NCBI RefSeq assembly: GCF_001194135.2
Contig: NC_068994.1
Coordinates: 17,916,558-17,980,557, forward strand
Source: Octopus bimaculoides
Taxonomy: Eukaryota
Length of the DNA: 64,000 bases
Direction of reading: 5' to 3'
Below the pieces are notes generated by a model. It searched no databases, was not told the DNA's origin, and saw nothing but the letters and a program-made list of their open reading frames with translations. Shown piece by piece: positions 47,375 through 61,339 of the stretch (positions are counted from its first letter, which is position 1; every line of letters starts with the position of its first letter). The position numbers and the translations under genes are program-made.

Positions 47375-50300
47375 GATGTACATGTTTATAAAATTGCCTT
47401 GGTTAGAAAAGTTCTGGTGATAAAAATCCAATATAAAAATTTGCCTTTTATAGTTTTTTTGCTTCTATTTTGTCTTTTATTTTTCTTTTCTTTATTTTTT
47501 TTGGTAGCCGTTATTTGAATGATGTCATAAATCACAACCTTTATCTCTATTTACTATTTTCTCACTCTCATCTTGTTGCTTCATCACATCAAGTCTTTAA
47601 TATAACAGACTGCTGTTACATATCCTCATTAATCCATTTAGTTCATAAGAGTGCTGATATTGTATTTTGGCATGTATTCATGTATGTTGATTTTGGTCGA
47701 TAATTATTCCTCAGTGTTCCATGAGAATTTTCGGCTTCATAGTTTTCAGAGGTCATTAAGGGTTAATAAAGGCTTAAATGTCAAGAATTAAAATTAACAT
47801 ATTTGAAGACTTTATCAAGCTTATTAATCTGAAATATATAGATGGTTGGCTATATTGTGCTTATTTGACATTTTACAAAAGACTATAAACTAAATGCAAT
47901 TATATTCTCCTAGTTTAGTTATGCCAGTGTGTACTTATAAAAATTCATGTTATGTGCAACTGCAACCTTTTCGAATTCCCTCATCACCTATATATTCCCA
48001 TTAAATATGAAATAATAAAATAACCTACAAAATTAAAAAATGGGACATTGTGATGGCTTATCATTACATTGCATGTGAAGATGTAGCTTAGTAATTAGAG
48101 TGTTCGGCTCATGTTCATTTGGTCATAAGTTCGATTCCCACTGGCACATTGTGTCCTTGAGCAAGACACTCTATTCCATGTTGCTCCAGTCCACTCAGCT
48201 GGCAAAAATGAGTTGTGCATGTAATTCAAAGGGCCAGCCTTGTCACATTTTGTGTCATGTTGAATTTCCCTGAGAACTACATTAAGGGTTCACATGTCTG
48301 TGGAGTGCTCAGCCACTTGTGTGTTAATTTCACGAGCAGGTGTGTGAAGGGTTTAGTCAAACAAATCACCCCCAGTACTTAATTTATTTCTAAGCTTGAT
48401 GCTTATTCTATCAGTGTCTTTTACCCAGCTACTAAGTTACATTGACATATTGTCAACTGATGGTGAGGGACAAACACAAATTCAGACACACACAAGCACA
48501 TGCATACACACATGCATGCATGCGTGCATACGTACGTACATACATACATACATACATACATACATACATACATACATACTCTCTAAACATGCTAGACATA
48601 CACTGACTCCATGTCCAGAGCTCTTGAAAGTTTCCTTATATTTCAGCAGCACTGAAGTCTCAACGACCACATGCATACAACAAACAGTATGGTACCTTTT
48701 CTCCTTTATAATAAACAACACAGAACTGAAATTCTCAAAGCTATCTTTCATGATTTTTCTTCATGGTGATTCCACATATATATATATATCATTACCAAAT
48801 CTATATCCCAATGGCTAGGATTCCTCTTTAGTGTGTTAAGCTTACAATTGTGAGGTTGTGAGTTCAATTCCTTGACTGAGCTGTGTGTTGTGTTTTTGAG
48901 CAAGGCACTTTATTTCATGTTGCTCTAGTTCATTTAGCTGTAGGAATCAGTTGTCACTAGTGCCAAATTGTATTGGCCTTTGCCTTTCCCTTGGACAAGA
49001 TTGGTGGCATGGAGAGGAGAGACTAGTATACATAGCAACTGCTGCACTGGTATACCTTGCCTGGACTTCTGCCTTGGAAGGGAACTTTCTAGGTGCAATC
49101 CCATGGTCATTTACTTTTACAAAGCTCAAGTAAGACTCACATAGTTCTCATCTAAGGACAATGTTTCTGTTATTCTCACAAATATTCTCAGCTGAATAAA
49201 AAAAAACAAAAGTTATTTGACTGATGAGCAAAGATTCACTCACTAAAATGCTTCGGTGACTAGTTTACAGATGTATAAGGACCATTACTTCTTTGAACAA
49301 CATAGCTACTTGTCCTTGTCCTCAAGGCCCATGTGGTTAGAAGTTTACTTTGTGACCACATGGTTCAGTCCCATTGTGACACCTTCAGCAAGTGTCTTTT
49401 ACTATAACCTTGGGATGACCAAAGCCTTGTAAGTGGATTTGGTAGAGGGAAACTGAAAGAAGCTCATCGTATATATGTGTGTGTATGTGTGTGTGTTTGT
49501 CTCTACCCATCAATTGATGACTGGTGTTGGTGTGTTTATGTCCCAATATTTAGCTTAAAAAATAGAAATAAGTACTGGAGTTGATTGAAATTTCCTCAAG
49601 GCAGTGCCCCAGCATGGCCATCGTCTAATGACTGAAACAAAAAAAAAAAAAAAAAAAAAAAAAGAAAAAATATCTCTCTTCTTCTTTTCACTGTTACTGT
49701 GTCCCAATTCCCAAACCTACACTAAGCATTTTATCCAATCCTTCTTCTGCAGAATTGTAACCCCTACCTCACCCATGTTCTTCCTGCAGACATAATGACT
49801 TGAACAACTAACAACACAAATCTCTCCAGATTAGGGTGGGTCTGCAGATGTCATGAGCCTTGCCTCTTTTCCACTGACTATATTGTAAAACAATGTGAGA
49901 GGCTTTCCAAGTTTCTGCATACTGCAACATTTCTTGGTAATAAATATAGATAAAAGAAGAGAGAAAGATATTTTTGCATTTTCTCAATATGCTATTATTT
50001 GCTTGGTAAGATTTGATGAGACTTTTTCAGCAAAATCATTTTGTGCTGATATTTACACTATCCTTTTAATCTGTTTATTCTTTTATTCTCTCCAGGTGCA
50101 AACATATTTTCATATATAAACATTTCCTTTTGTTAGAAATAGAAAACAAAAAATCTGTGATACAGAGGATATAATAATCCTTTCTATTATAGGCACAAAG
50201 CCTGAAATTTTGTGAGGGGAGAACTAATTGGTTACATTGACCCCAGTGCTTGACCAGTACTTAATTCATCCACCGAGAGGGGATGAAAGGCAAAGTTGAT

Positions 50301-50894
50301 CTTGGCGGAATTTTAACTCAAAATGTAAAGAGAGATGAAATGCTGTTGAACATTTTGCCTGGCACAGTAATTATTCTGTTAGCTTACCACCTTTACAGAA
50401 GGTATAATAATAAGATGGCTAAGGAGGTTGAAATACTGTAAACTGTTGTGCAGTAAAGATCCACATTCATATGTTTCTTTCCGTTATGTAAATATAAGGT
50501 ACTTGATGACTGGTGTTTTTTTCATACATTATCCTGTGATGCACCTGGACGCACCATTGGTGATGTTTACTGGGGTCATTTGGTGTTTTGGGTCTTTCAA
50601 TATTTGACACCCTCACCTAGGTGACCCAGCTGGGGTTGATCAAAGTTGTGGAAGTGCATGGTTCAGTGGTTAGGGTGTCAAACTTACAATTGTGAAGGTG
50701 TGAGTTCAACTCCCAGACTGAGCTGTGTGTTCTGTTCTTGAGCAAGACACTTTATTTCACATTGCTCCAGTTCACTCAGCTGAAGAAATAAGATGCAGTG
50801 TCATTGGTGTACCGACCTTTGACTTTCTGCTGGACAACATCAGTGGCATGTAGAGGGGAGACTAGTATGCATGGACAACTGCTGGTAGCACTGC

Positions 50895-51235
50895 TCCTTC
50901 CAGGGCTCAAACTCCCCGACTTACTGTCACCTTGAAGCAACCTCTACTGCTTCCACAGTCAATCTGATGGCTCCTGTGATGCCAAACATACTGTAAGCTC
51001 CATTGAAGGGTTGGTCTGCAAATCCTCTGCATCCCACTTTGCTGGGATCACATCTTGCTTGACCCCCCCCNNNNNNNNNNNNNNNNNNNNNNNNNNNNNN
51101 ATTACTTAAGCATAACTCCACTAGCTTAGTAAATTTCTTCCACTTGCTCTCATTAGCCTCCTTGATGGGGTCCTACCAAGGAACAGAGATTTCTTACAGA
51201 ACCACCTGCAATTTCACTTGGTTTGATGGGTTCTC
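50895..51235 (-). mobile_element. HERO-like RLE non-LTR retrotransposon remnant
   Basis: EISVPW*DPIKEANESKWKKFTKLVELCLSN [gap] ARCDPSKVGCRGFADQ..AYSMFGITG..EAVEVASR. Resembles recalled HERO ELTVPW..PVEVGCRGF. Confidence 0.7.
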
Positions 51236-51917
51236 AAGCACAGCATATCGCCAAAGGTCTTGATCACTTATCATTCCCTCCTTGAGGCCCAGTGTTTGAA
51301 GGGTGCTTTTACGTGCCACTGACGTGGGTGCCAGCTACATGACACCGGCATTGGCCACAACCATGATTTCACTTGGGTTCATGGGTTTTCTCAAGCATGG
51401 CATATTTCTGAAGGTCTCAGTCACTTGTTATTGCCTCAGTGAAGCCCAATGTTTGAAGATTATGCTTCACCACCTCATCCTGTGTTTTCCTGGGTCTACT
51501 CCTTCTACAGGTTCCCTCCACAATTAGAGGTGAATAAATAAACATCACAATTAACAGTATAATCTGAATGCTAAAGGGTTAAACATGCCTTTGCAAAAAT
51601 ATCCAATAAGATTCTTAATTACCTACTTTACTGTTGATACTAAATATTTAATAGTTGTTTTGGGTGAACTGTGATTTACATTTTGGTATTTCAATCATGG
51701 TCTTTCCTACTGTTTGACTTTTATTTATCCTTTTACTAATTAACCCTTCCAAGGCTGCCTCTGGTTGTATGATGTCAAGAACAGTTTGATAAGTGATGTT
51801 CCAGTCACCATTTAATAATGGAAAAGTTCTTTATTTTATTAAATTCTTCCAAACATTTTGATTGTTTCCAAAATTAACTGAAATATATTGGCAGTTTATT
51901 TATTTATTTATTTAGAA

Positions 51918-52572
51918 CAGGGGTTCTCAAATAAGGTCCATATGGCCCCTTGGGTCCATATAAGATTTTTGGGAGTCTATATAAAAATTTGTGAGGGTCC
52001 ATGCAGGCAATTTAGCAAACTGAGATCAACAATGGTAAGTTAAGAGTCCATGGAAAAAATTTTGCTTTAGATGTATTTATTACAAGAAACAGCTGTTTCT
52101 TCATCTAACGTTTTACCGAGTTTAACACGTTTCTTATTTCTTTATTGCCCACAAGGGGCTAAACATAGAGGGGACAAACAAGGACAGATAAATGGATCAA
52201 GTCGATTACATCGACCCCAGTGCCTAACTGGTACTTAATTTATCGACCCCAAAAGGATGAAAGGCAAAGTCGAAGCCGGTGGAATTTGAACTCAGAATGT
52301 AACGGCAGATGAAATACTGCTAAGCATTTCACCCAACGCGCTAATGTTTCTGCCAGCTCCCCCTGCCTTTAACACGTTTCTGGCCACTGAAACATGTTCT
52401 CAGAGAGTGATATTCAAAACCTACACAAGTGGACATGTGAAAAAACAAAAATAGGAAATTTGAAAGAAGCATCTACAATACTAGTTTTAAAACATAGAAT
52501 GGCTATAGGGGTTCACCAGAATAAAATAGGAATCAAAGGGTTCCATAAGCAAAAAATGGTTGAGAACAGCTG
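51918..52572. mobile_element. hAT MITE containing a SINE
   Basis: TIR caggggttctcaa / ttgagaacagctg with perfect 8-bp TSD atttagaa. Confidence 0.85.
52135..52367 (-). mobile_element. Full-length SINE family A with TSD
   Basis: 14-bp TSD tttaacacgtttct at 52121-52134 and 52368-52381. Confidence 0.9.
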
Positions 52573-53043
52573 ATTTAGAAGAAATAGGGNNNNNNNNNNN
52601 NNNNNNNNNNNNNNNNNNNNNNNNNNNNNNNNNNNNNNNNNNNNNNNNNNNNNNNNNNNNNNNNNNNNNNNNNNNNNNNNNNNNNNNNNNNNNNNNNNNN
52701 NNNNNNNNNNNNNNNNNNNNNNNNNNNNNNNNNNNNNNNNNNNNNNNNNNNNNNNNNNNNNNNNNNNNNNNNNNNNNNNNNNNNNNNNNNNNNNNNNNNN
52801 NNNNNNNNNNNNNNNNNNNNNNNNNNNNNNNNNNNNNNNNNNNNNNNNNNNNNNNNNNNNNNNNNNNNNNNNNNNNNNNNNNNNNNNNNNACCACCACCA
52901 CCACCACCCGACCCCCTACCACTTCTACTGCTGCCACACCACTACCATCACCACTACTGCTGTTGCACCACCACCTCTGTCATTGATGTTGTCTGCACTG
53001 ACCAAAGCCTTATGAATGGATTTGATTAGTGGAAAATGAAAGA

Positions 53044-53076
<33 letters not shown>

Positions 53077-54603
53077 CACGTGCATGTGTGTGTGTACATA
53101 TGTATGTATGTATGCATGCATGTGTGTATATCTTTGTGTCTGTGTTTATACCCCTCCCACCACTTGACAACTGGTGTTGGTATGCTTACGACCCTGTAAC
53201 TTAGCTGTTTGGCAAAAGAAATTGATAGAACAAGACCGGACTTTAAAAAAATAAATACGTATAGGGTCGATTCATTCGACTAAAATATTTTTCAAGGCGG
53301 TGCCCCAGCATGGCTAAAGTCCAATGACTGAAACAAGTAAAAGAAAGATATATATATATTTAAATTGACAACTTGCATTATATTATTATAAAGAAACACT
53401 GCATTTTCCTGTATATTTAATGCAAGAATTAAATTAATTCTCAATATGCACTGTTCATTGTGGCTGTTTGAATGTTGTTTTCAAAGTGACCTTTAACATT
53501 GACAGATGTTGTTACATGTGCAAAAGATAAAACCATAAGTTTTCTGTTGATTCTGTGCCAGCCAGTTCCTTGTTTTCCACTCATGTACATCTCTGAAACA
53601 CCCAGTACTTATAATAAACTACTAGCTGAAGCATAAATATTTACCTGGTATAACAGGTGATAGATGATGATAACTGGCGGCTTCTACCAGTTGCTGTACT
53701 GTTAGCTACCTACCAGCACCATTGTTGTCTACTTGCTTGGTCATAGATCATGTTACTGAAACAAATTGCCAAAATTAAAATTACCCAAATTATCTGCGTA
53801 TGGGCACATAAATATCTAAATTCACAACTTCTTCAATAGACCATGTAATAGATTTTGCACACAACTGTTGATTGTTCTTTTTTTTTCAATGGTTTATGGT
53901 TTTTGTTCCAAATCCATAAATTCTTTGTTATTTGCTTGTGATTTTAACTAGTTTTAATAAAATAATAAAGAATATTATAGATGCAAGTTTGGTAAGAAAG
54001 TTTGCTTCTCAACCACATGTTTTTGAGTTCAGTCCCACTGTGTGATACCTTGGGCAATTTTTTCTACTGTATAGCTTTGGGCCCACCAAAGCCTTGTGAG
54101 TGGATTTAGTAGAAACTGAAAAAAGACCACCTATACATATATGTCTGTGTATATCTATGTATGTGCTTGTGTGTGTGCTTGTATGTGTTTGTCTTTGTTC
54201 CCCACTACTACATAACAACCAGTGTTGGTTTGTTTATTTCCATAACTTAGTTGTTTGGCAAAAGAGATTGATAGAATACGTACCAGACATAAAAAAATAT
54301 AAGTATTGCAGTTGATTTGTTCATCTAAACCCTTCAAGTTAGTGTCTCTGTATAGTCACTGTACAATGGCTGAAACAAACAAGCAAATAGACAATATTTT
54401 AATTCTGTTATTCTTTTATTCTTTTATTTGTTTCAATCATTTGACTGCGGCCATGCTGGAGCACCACCTTCAGTTGAACAAATCGATCCCAGGACTTAGT
54501 CTTTTAAAGCCTAGTACTTATTATTCTATTGGTCTCTTTAGCTGAACTGCTAAGTTACGGGGACGTAAATACACCAACATTAGTTGTCAAGCGATGGTAG
54601 GAG

Positions 54604-54677
<74 letters not shown>

Positions 54678-55197
54678 ATGAGTTTCTTTCAGTTTCTGTA
54701 AGGCTTTGGTCAGCTTGAGCTATATTAGAAGACACTTGCCCAAGATGTCATGCAGTGGGACTGAACCTGAAACTATGTGGTTGGCAGAGTTTTACATACA
54801 TGTGTAGATGCTGTATCTGGGCACATTGTCAGTGTATCTTGGCTGGAGTCATTTGGTGTTTTGGGTCTTATGACATACTCCCTCATAAAAGCAACCTAAC
54901 CTAGGCTAATCAAACCTAGGTCTGTGTCTGTGTGGCATTCTGCTGACTGAACTGGTTACTTGTTTTTAGCTAGAGCCATCTAGATGCCTTCTCTTAGTCT
55001 CTGCATTGTTCTTGATGGCTCTTCTATATTCTGCAGAGTATAGTGTCTAATCTGGACTATTGATATGGGATGAGGGAAAGAAACAGGATGTGTAGTTTGT
55101 ATCTTAGTAGCTTGAAGCCCAAGAATATCTGCCTCTACTAACCTTGGCTCCTCTCTTTATCTCCACTAACCTTGCTCTGTCTCTAAGTAACTGTCTC

Positions 55198-55228
<31 letters not shown>

Positions 55229-55230
55229 CA

Positions 55231-55266
<36 letters not shown>

Positions 55267-56879
55267 CCATGCAATATTTGATATTTCTCTCTGGCTGCAC
55301 ATCTGCTACTTTCTGGATTTCTTCCCATGTCTGTTTTTCAGTTTTTTTCTTTGCACACTCTCTCTCTCTCTCTCTATCCTGTCCCGAGTATTTCTTCCTC
55401 TCTTAGTTGGTCCTCCCCTTTTCTATACTGCATAATAAGTGAAGTTTTGTGATTAAAAAAATTTTTTTTATTGGTTTCTCATTTCTCCTTTATTCACAGG
55501 AGGAATTTTATGTGCTACCTCAAAGAATTTTTACAGATACGTCAAACATTCTCCCCAATACCCCTGTGCTTTCATTGCACCCCATGCACCTCCACACATC
55601 CAGACACTCATACCCCACCCCTTGTTTTGGTAGGTACTACATATAGACACACAAATAACTGAACTCAGATATTTACATATTCACATGTATATGCAAGTTT
55701 AGTAATGTCAGCTATAGTTATGTCAAATATGTTTAATTAAATACATTGAAAATGATTAGAAAATAAAGTAAAAATAGATGCTATTTGTTAATGGTCATTT
55801 AAAATGCCAGAATAATAGTGAATTGACATTCATTTAAAGTCAAAGGTAAAATATTTCCTCCAGTCTGCTTTTCTCCCCCACCACTTCAAACAATTATAAG
55901 GAATATGGAGACTGGTACATCATCAAATTTTTCTTTAATTTTACCATTGGTCATACAACATAATTATTTGGTTATAATGACCAATATGTATTTCTGCTAC
56001 ATAGAGAATGTGTGGTTGCACATGCAACCCAGCATAATTTTCTGTGCACCTTCTTTCAAGGTCCTGAGATCTACAACAATACCTGCCTGGATAATTTTTT
56101 TCCCTATAAACCCACATTATATATATTCTTTTACTTGTTTCAATCATTTGACTGTGGCCATCCTGGAGCACCACTTTGAAGGGTTTTAGTCAAATGAATG
56201 TGACGATCACACGCTACACACCTTCCTTCCAAGCACTGCTTTAAACAGTGGAAGTGAGCTAGAATGTTAAAACATAGTGCACATACACAGCAGAGTTCCA
56301 GGTCAATCTGTGCCAAGCAGCTTCACTCTGTGTGCTTCAGCTACATTACTATGGCAACAGCCTGGATACTTATTGATCAGACCATGTATATATATAAAAT
56401 ATATTTTCATGGTTGTCCAGTATGCATACATCTGACCAAATCCTCATTGCCCATCACTCAATCACATACTATACAGCACCCACTTCTCCTTGGGCCCTTA
56501 TACCACTTGAATTAGTTGACTGGTCAAAGCTATGTTTGTTTTTTACTCCTTATTCTTGGCAGCATATGTGCTTCATCCTTGACTCACCAGAAACAGCTTG
56601 ATGGATAACCAAACCCAACCCCTTTATCATATCCCTCCTCATCCCACTCACAACAAAATCTCAGTGTCCCAAGTCCTGTAAATAGTTTACCTAAGGTTGT
56701 ACTGTAGCTGTTCAAGGGGGGGGAAAAAAAAGATCTACAATGCCTGGAGAATCTCACCTACTCTAATTGGTGTTCACCCAGCAGTGCAACTCTTGTAAGA
56801 CATTAGCCAGTGTACAAAAGAAGCCTTCAGGTGTCACATGCCTTCAAAGTCTCTTGCATTCCAAACTGTGGCTGATCAT

Positions 56880-57280
56880 TTTGGTCCATTGTCAAAAGAA
56901 TTTTCACACACTTTGCAGAGTCCTCTTTTCCTCTTCTCCTGAACAATGATGACTCTGTAAGTAGTACCCCCATGGAGAAAGCCCCAACCTTTGATAGCTG
57001 CTTTGCATCCAACTCCATACTACACATCTTTGGCCAATTCTCTCCAAATTTACCCTGTTTCAACTCCACCATGCTCCTCACCCTACATACACACATGCCA
57101 AGTGCAGAAATACCTTGTGGTTTTAAACAAGGCCACTAATCCCTAACACTGCACCTTTTACTATTTTGTATTCCAGAACTTGCACCTATATTCACCAAAG
57201 TCTTTAATGTCTCACTCTCTGCAGAAGTATACTTTGACATTAGGAAGCTTCAGTGTGTCCTATTCTAAAGAAAGGCTCCC
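56880..57280 (+). mobile_element. Degenerate CR1/Jockey-group LINE fragment
   Basis: FWSIVKRIF and PELAPIFTKVFNVSLS motifs that precede the RT domain. Confidence 0.55.
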
Positions 57281-57961
57281 TCCTATTGCTCTCTTCTCTA
57301 ACACCTCTATGATGTGCCTATAGTAGAAAGGATTATCATTCTTATTAAGGCATGAGCTGGTAGAATCGTTAGTCTGCTGGACGAAATGCTTAGTGATATT
57401 TTGCCCATTGCTACATTCTGGGTTCATATTCTGCTGAGATTGACATTGTCTTTCATCCTTTCAGGGTCGATAAATTAAGTACCAGGGAAACATTGGGGTC
57501 AGTGTAATCAACTAGTCCCCTCCCCACAAATTTCAGGCCTTGTTCCCTTAGTAGAAAGGATTATTATTATTATGATGATTATGTCTGTATGTATGTCTGT
57601 ATGTATGTATGTACGTATGTATGTATATGATATAAATAATGGAATTTAAACTTTTAGAAGAGATATTGACAGAGTAGAGTTACTGCTATGGTGGTATTAA
57701 ACTGTGCTTCATTCTGCATCATCTAATTGTGTGTTGGCAGTGGTTAGACATCAGAACCGGTCTGTGGAATTGGTGGAGTTGAATCTATCATACTTATCAA
57801 CACCTAATATAATTGCTTTTGATGTTTAAATGCTTAGCAGTTCTATTCAAAACACATGTACACACACACACACACACACACACACATATGTGTGTATAAT
57901 GTATGTGTGTGTATCTGGTGCAGATGGAAGATTAATAATCAGTCATGTTTATAAAAACATT

Positions 57962-58030
<69 letters not shown>

Positions 58031-59708
58031 TACTACCATCCCCATACAAAAATGTATTCTGCCATCCCCATACAAAAATGTATTCTGCCATTTTTTAAGA
58101 TGATAAAGAGTGATTTGAAGATTTGGATGCTATTTCTAGCAGGTTTGATTGACCATATAGAGTCTTTGTTGGCTTCTTTTTCAGTCATCTTCAAAAGACA
58201 TAGTCTTTTTATAGATGCACCTATTTATACTTATATAATACACAAGGGAGCAAATGGATGAATTACTTCAATAAATAATGTGCATTTGGTCAGCCTAAGG
58301 CTATAATAGAAGACACTTGCCCATGTGGTTGAGAAGCAAGCTTCTTACTACACAGACACAACTGCATCTATAGAAAAACGTACATGGAAGGAATTCCAAA
58401 GGCCCTGCATTCTTGAGAGGAAGGAATGGGTGTTGTTGTTAAGCCAAGGGCCAGAATTGGACACAATATAGGTGATAACTGGAGGAGACATCTATGAGTC
58501 AAATGTACATTATTATATAGAATTATTTCATCCATTTGCTCCACTGTGTTGTATAAATATAATTGTGTGCATCTATAAAAAGACAATGTCTTCTGAAGAT
58601 GACTGGAAAACAATTCAACAAAGGAGACTTCATATGATTAATCAAACCTGCTAGAAATAACATCCAAATCTTCAAATCATTCTCTACCATCTTAAAAGTG
58701 GAAGGACACATTGGATAATGTAGTCCTAGATACACTGTATTTGAAAAGATTATGATAATGGTTACAACATCTTTGATCAAAAGTCTGCTTGACCATGAAT
58801 GACCTGGGGTAGAAACAGCATTAACAACAACTAGAGAACTCACTTGATGAAATATATAGTTCTTTTTCAAAGAAAACTAAGAATGATGGGTATTGCCCAC
58901 AAGCATCCTATGCAATGTTCCCTTAACTTTTTGCTGTAGGTGTGTTCAGAAACTTGCATTGTATGCACATTTTGTCTTCCTTTAGATTGTACACATCCAT
59001 GCATGTAGCCATCACTCAAATGTCTTCAATTAAGAAAATTTGATTTTATCTTGCGTGTGCACATTTTTTTTCCTTTCCTAGTTGTAAAATGTTTGCACAT
59101 GCACAGGAACACAGCTTAGAGGCAACAGTGATCCTATGTAAATTAAAGAAGCATTTAAATATAAAATTCTGCTGGTTTTAGCTGAATATAGTTCTGAGTA
59201 AATACTTTTGAAACAAATATCTCCCCAAGTAATGGATATACAGATAGATTTGTTTGAGAAATCAAGGGTTATGTCATCATAGACTGCTGAGAGATAAACA
59301 GTTTTAATTTCATTTCTCTTCTGTATTCTTTGAGCAGATTTGTCAAATATTATACATGTTATTGATAGCATGTGAAAAGAAAATCTCTAATTAGAGGCTC
59401 ATCTATTAAAGATTTTGATGAGAATTTATAGAAGCATGTTTTCAAGCAAAGATGATAAGTAAGAAATACGCTTAGTTAATGAGTGAGTGGTAGGAGACTA
59501 GGTTACACCCAGGTATGTATAAATTATATCATACCCTGTGGGTGGACTTCCTTTTGATGTTAAGGCATTGACTATAGTTCTTTTTTATAGTTATAGTTTT
59601 TCTACAAAACAGCTTTTTCCCTCCAGCTATTTCCATTAATAAATCTTTCAGTTATTCATCTCTAAGATATAGTGATCTTTGAAAGATTATTTATCTCGTT
59701 AGCTTTCA

Positions 59709-59759
<51 letters not shown>

Positions 59760-61339
59760 TCACAAGAATGTATATATTATAACAGATAAAATCAGATGTA
59801 TGCGTGTGGGATATAGATGTGTGTAGATTAAAAATGAGGGGAAGAAGGAAAGAAAATGAGTTTGAGGAGCATGTGGAGTGAGTGAGAAATGTAGCTAGAA
59901 TGAGAGAGAGGGGGCTGAGAGAGAGAGAAAGTGTGTGAAAGAGAGAAGAAACCAAATAGCCTACTGAGATATATATTGAGCGTCTGGCACACTGTATCAC
60001 ATGACCAAATGTAAAGATCAGTTGATGTATCACATGACCAACAAAGTAGTGAAGAAGCAGTTGTTTTGTTTTTTTTTGTTTATGTTTTTTTATGGCATGT
60101 CATAGTTGTGATTTATTTATTTACATGTCAGTTACATATTAAACAAATTTAAGGAAAAATATTGAGAAAGAAAAATATTACATCAATACATTGCTAAAAA
60201 AAAAAGACAAACAAACATGTAGCGATCCTCATGTAATGTCAAAGAGCCTTCTAAAACTCTAGGTTTCTGGAGAAACATTGAAGAACTTGAAATATTACAC
60301 TGGAGCGATTTCTTGTTGCGTTGCCTAGCACACAGGAAGAGTTGAACTCAACACTGAGTTAACAAAATACTTGATAATTTTACAGTGGTAGCAAGGCTTC
60401 TCCTTAACCTGTGGTGTCTGTTTGTGGATAAGAGGACTGGAACTCACTCCATCTCTTCTACTAGCTTGAGATATCTTTTATCTTTTGCTTGTTTCAGTCA
60501 TTTGACTGCAGCCATGCTGGGGCAGCACTTTGAAGGGTTTTAGTCAAACAAATTGACACTAGGACTTATTTATTGAATCCTAATACTTATTCTATTGGTC
60601 TCTTTTTGCCAAACCACTAAGTTATGGGGACATAAACACACTAATACCAGTTGTCAAGCAGTGGTGGGGGACAAACACACACACACACACACAGATATAT
60701 ACATATCTGTGTATATATATGATGGGCTTCTTTCAGTTTCTGTCTACCAAATCCATTCACAAGGCTTTGGTCAGCCTAAGGCTATAATAGAAGACACTTG
60801 CCCATGTAGTCGAGAAGCAAGCTTCTTACTACACAGACACAACTGCATCTATAGATATTCTTTCTTAAAGTATTAAGGAAGGCAGGGACATTAGCATGCT
60901 GGAGTAAATGCTTAGCAGCATTTCTTCCAGCCTTATGTTCTTAGTTCAAATTCTGTCAAGGTTGACTTTACCTTTCATCCTTTCAGGGCTGATAAAATAA
61001 GTACCAGTCATGCTCTAGGATCAACTAGCCCCCTCCACCAAACTTTTAGGGTTTGTGGCTATAGTAGAAAGAATTATTAAGATTCACAGATTTTACATAC
61101 AAGTATACATTGATAGAAAACTCAAGACCAAGTAAATTAATGGTTTGTATTGATTCAATACTCTTGGCTCCCTGCAGCATACAAACATATTCAAATTTTC
61201 GAACTTTAATCATAAGTTGATATAGTGAAAAGTATGATCAGCTAGATCTATCCAACCGATCATGCAAATATAGAGAAGAAAGAAAAAAAACAGCAAAATA
61301 GGCATTACAGTAATTGTGAGATAGTCCCAATAATGATGA

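Noticed and set aside
47715-47755. Minus-strand CTGAAAA..ccGAAA as a hammerhead
   Set aside because: No GUH site, no stem I, and a weak stem II.
52086-52099. gaaacagctgtttc as a hammerhead stem III
   Set aside because: No CUGANGA or stems nearby; it is a palindrome inside the hAT MITE.
55498-55630. Possible ENO4-like exon with a good acceptor
   Set aside because: No frame resembles ENO4, and the 63790 exon already continues the protein directly.
56346-56359. attactatggcaac as a second X-box
   Set aside because: First base mismatched, and it lies next to a decayed LINE in mid-intron with no CpG enrichment.
59993-60041. Duplicated tgtatcacatgaccaa as tandem E-boxes
   Set aside because: The reverse strand reads FGHV as in RTE remnants and the same 11-mer occurs in the RTE at about 2790, so a regulatory role is unsupported.
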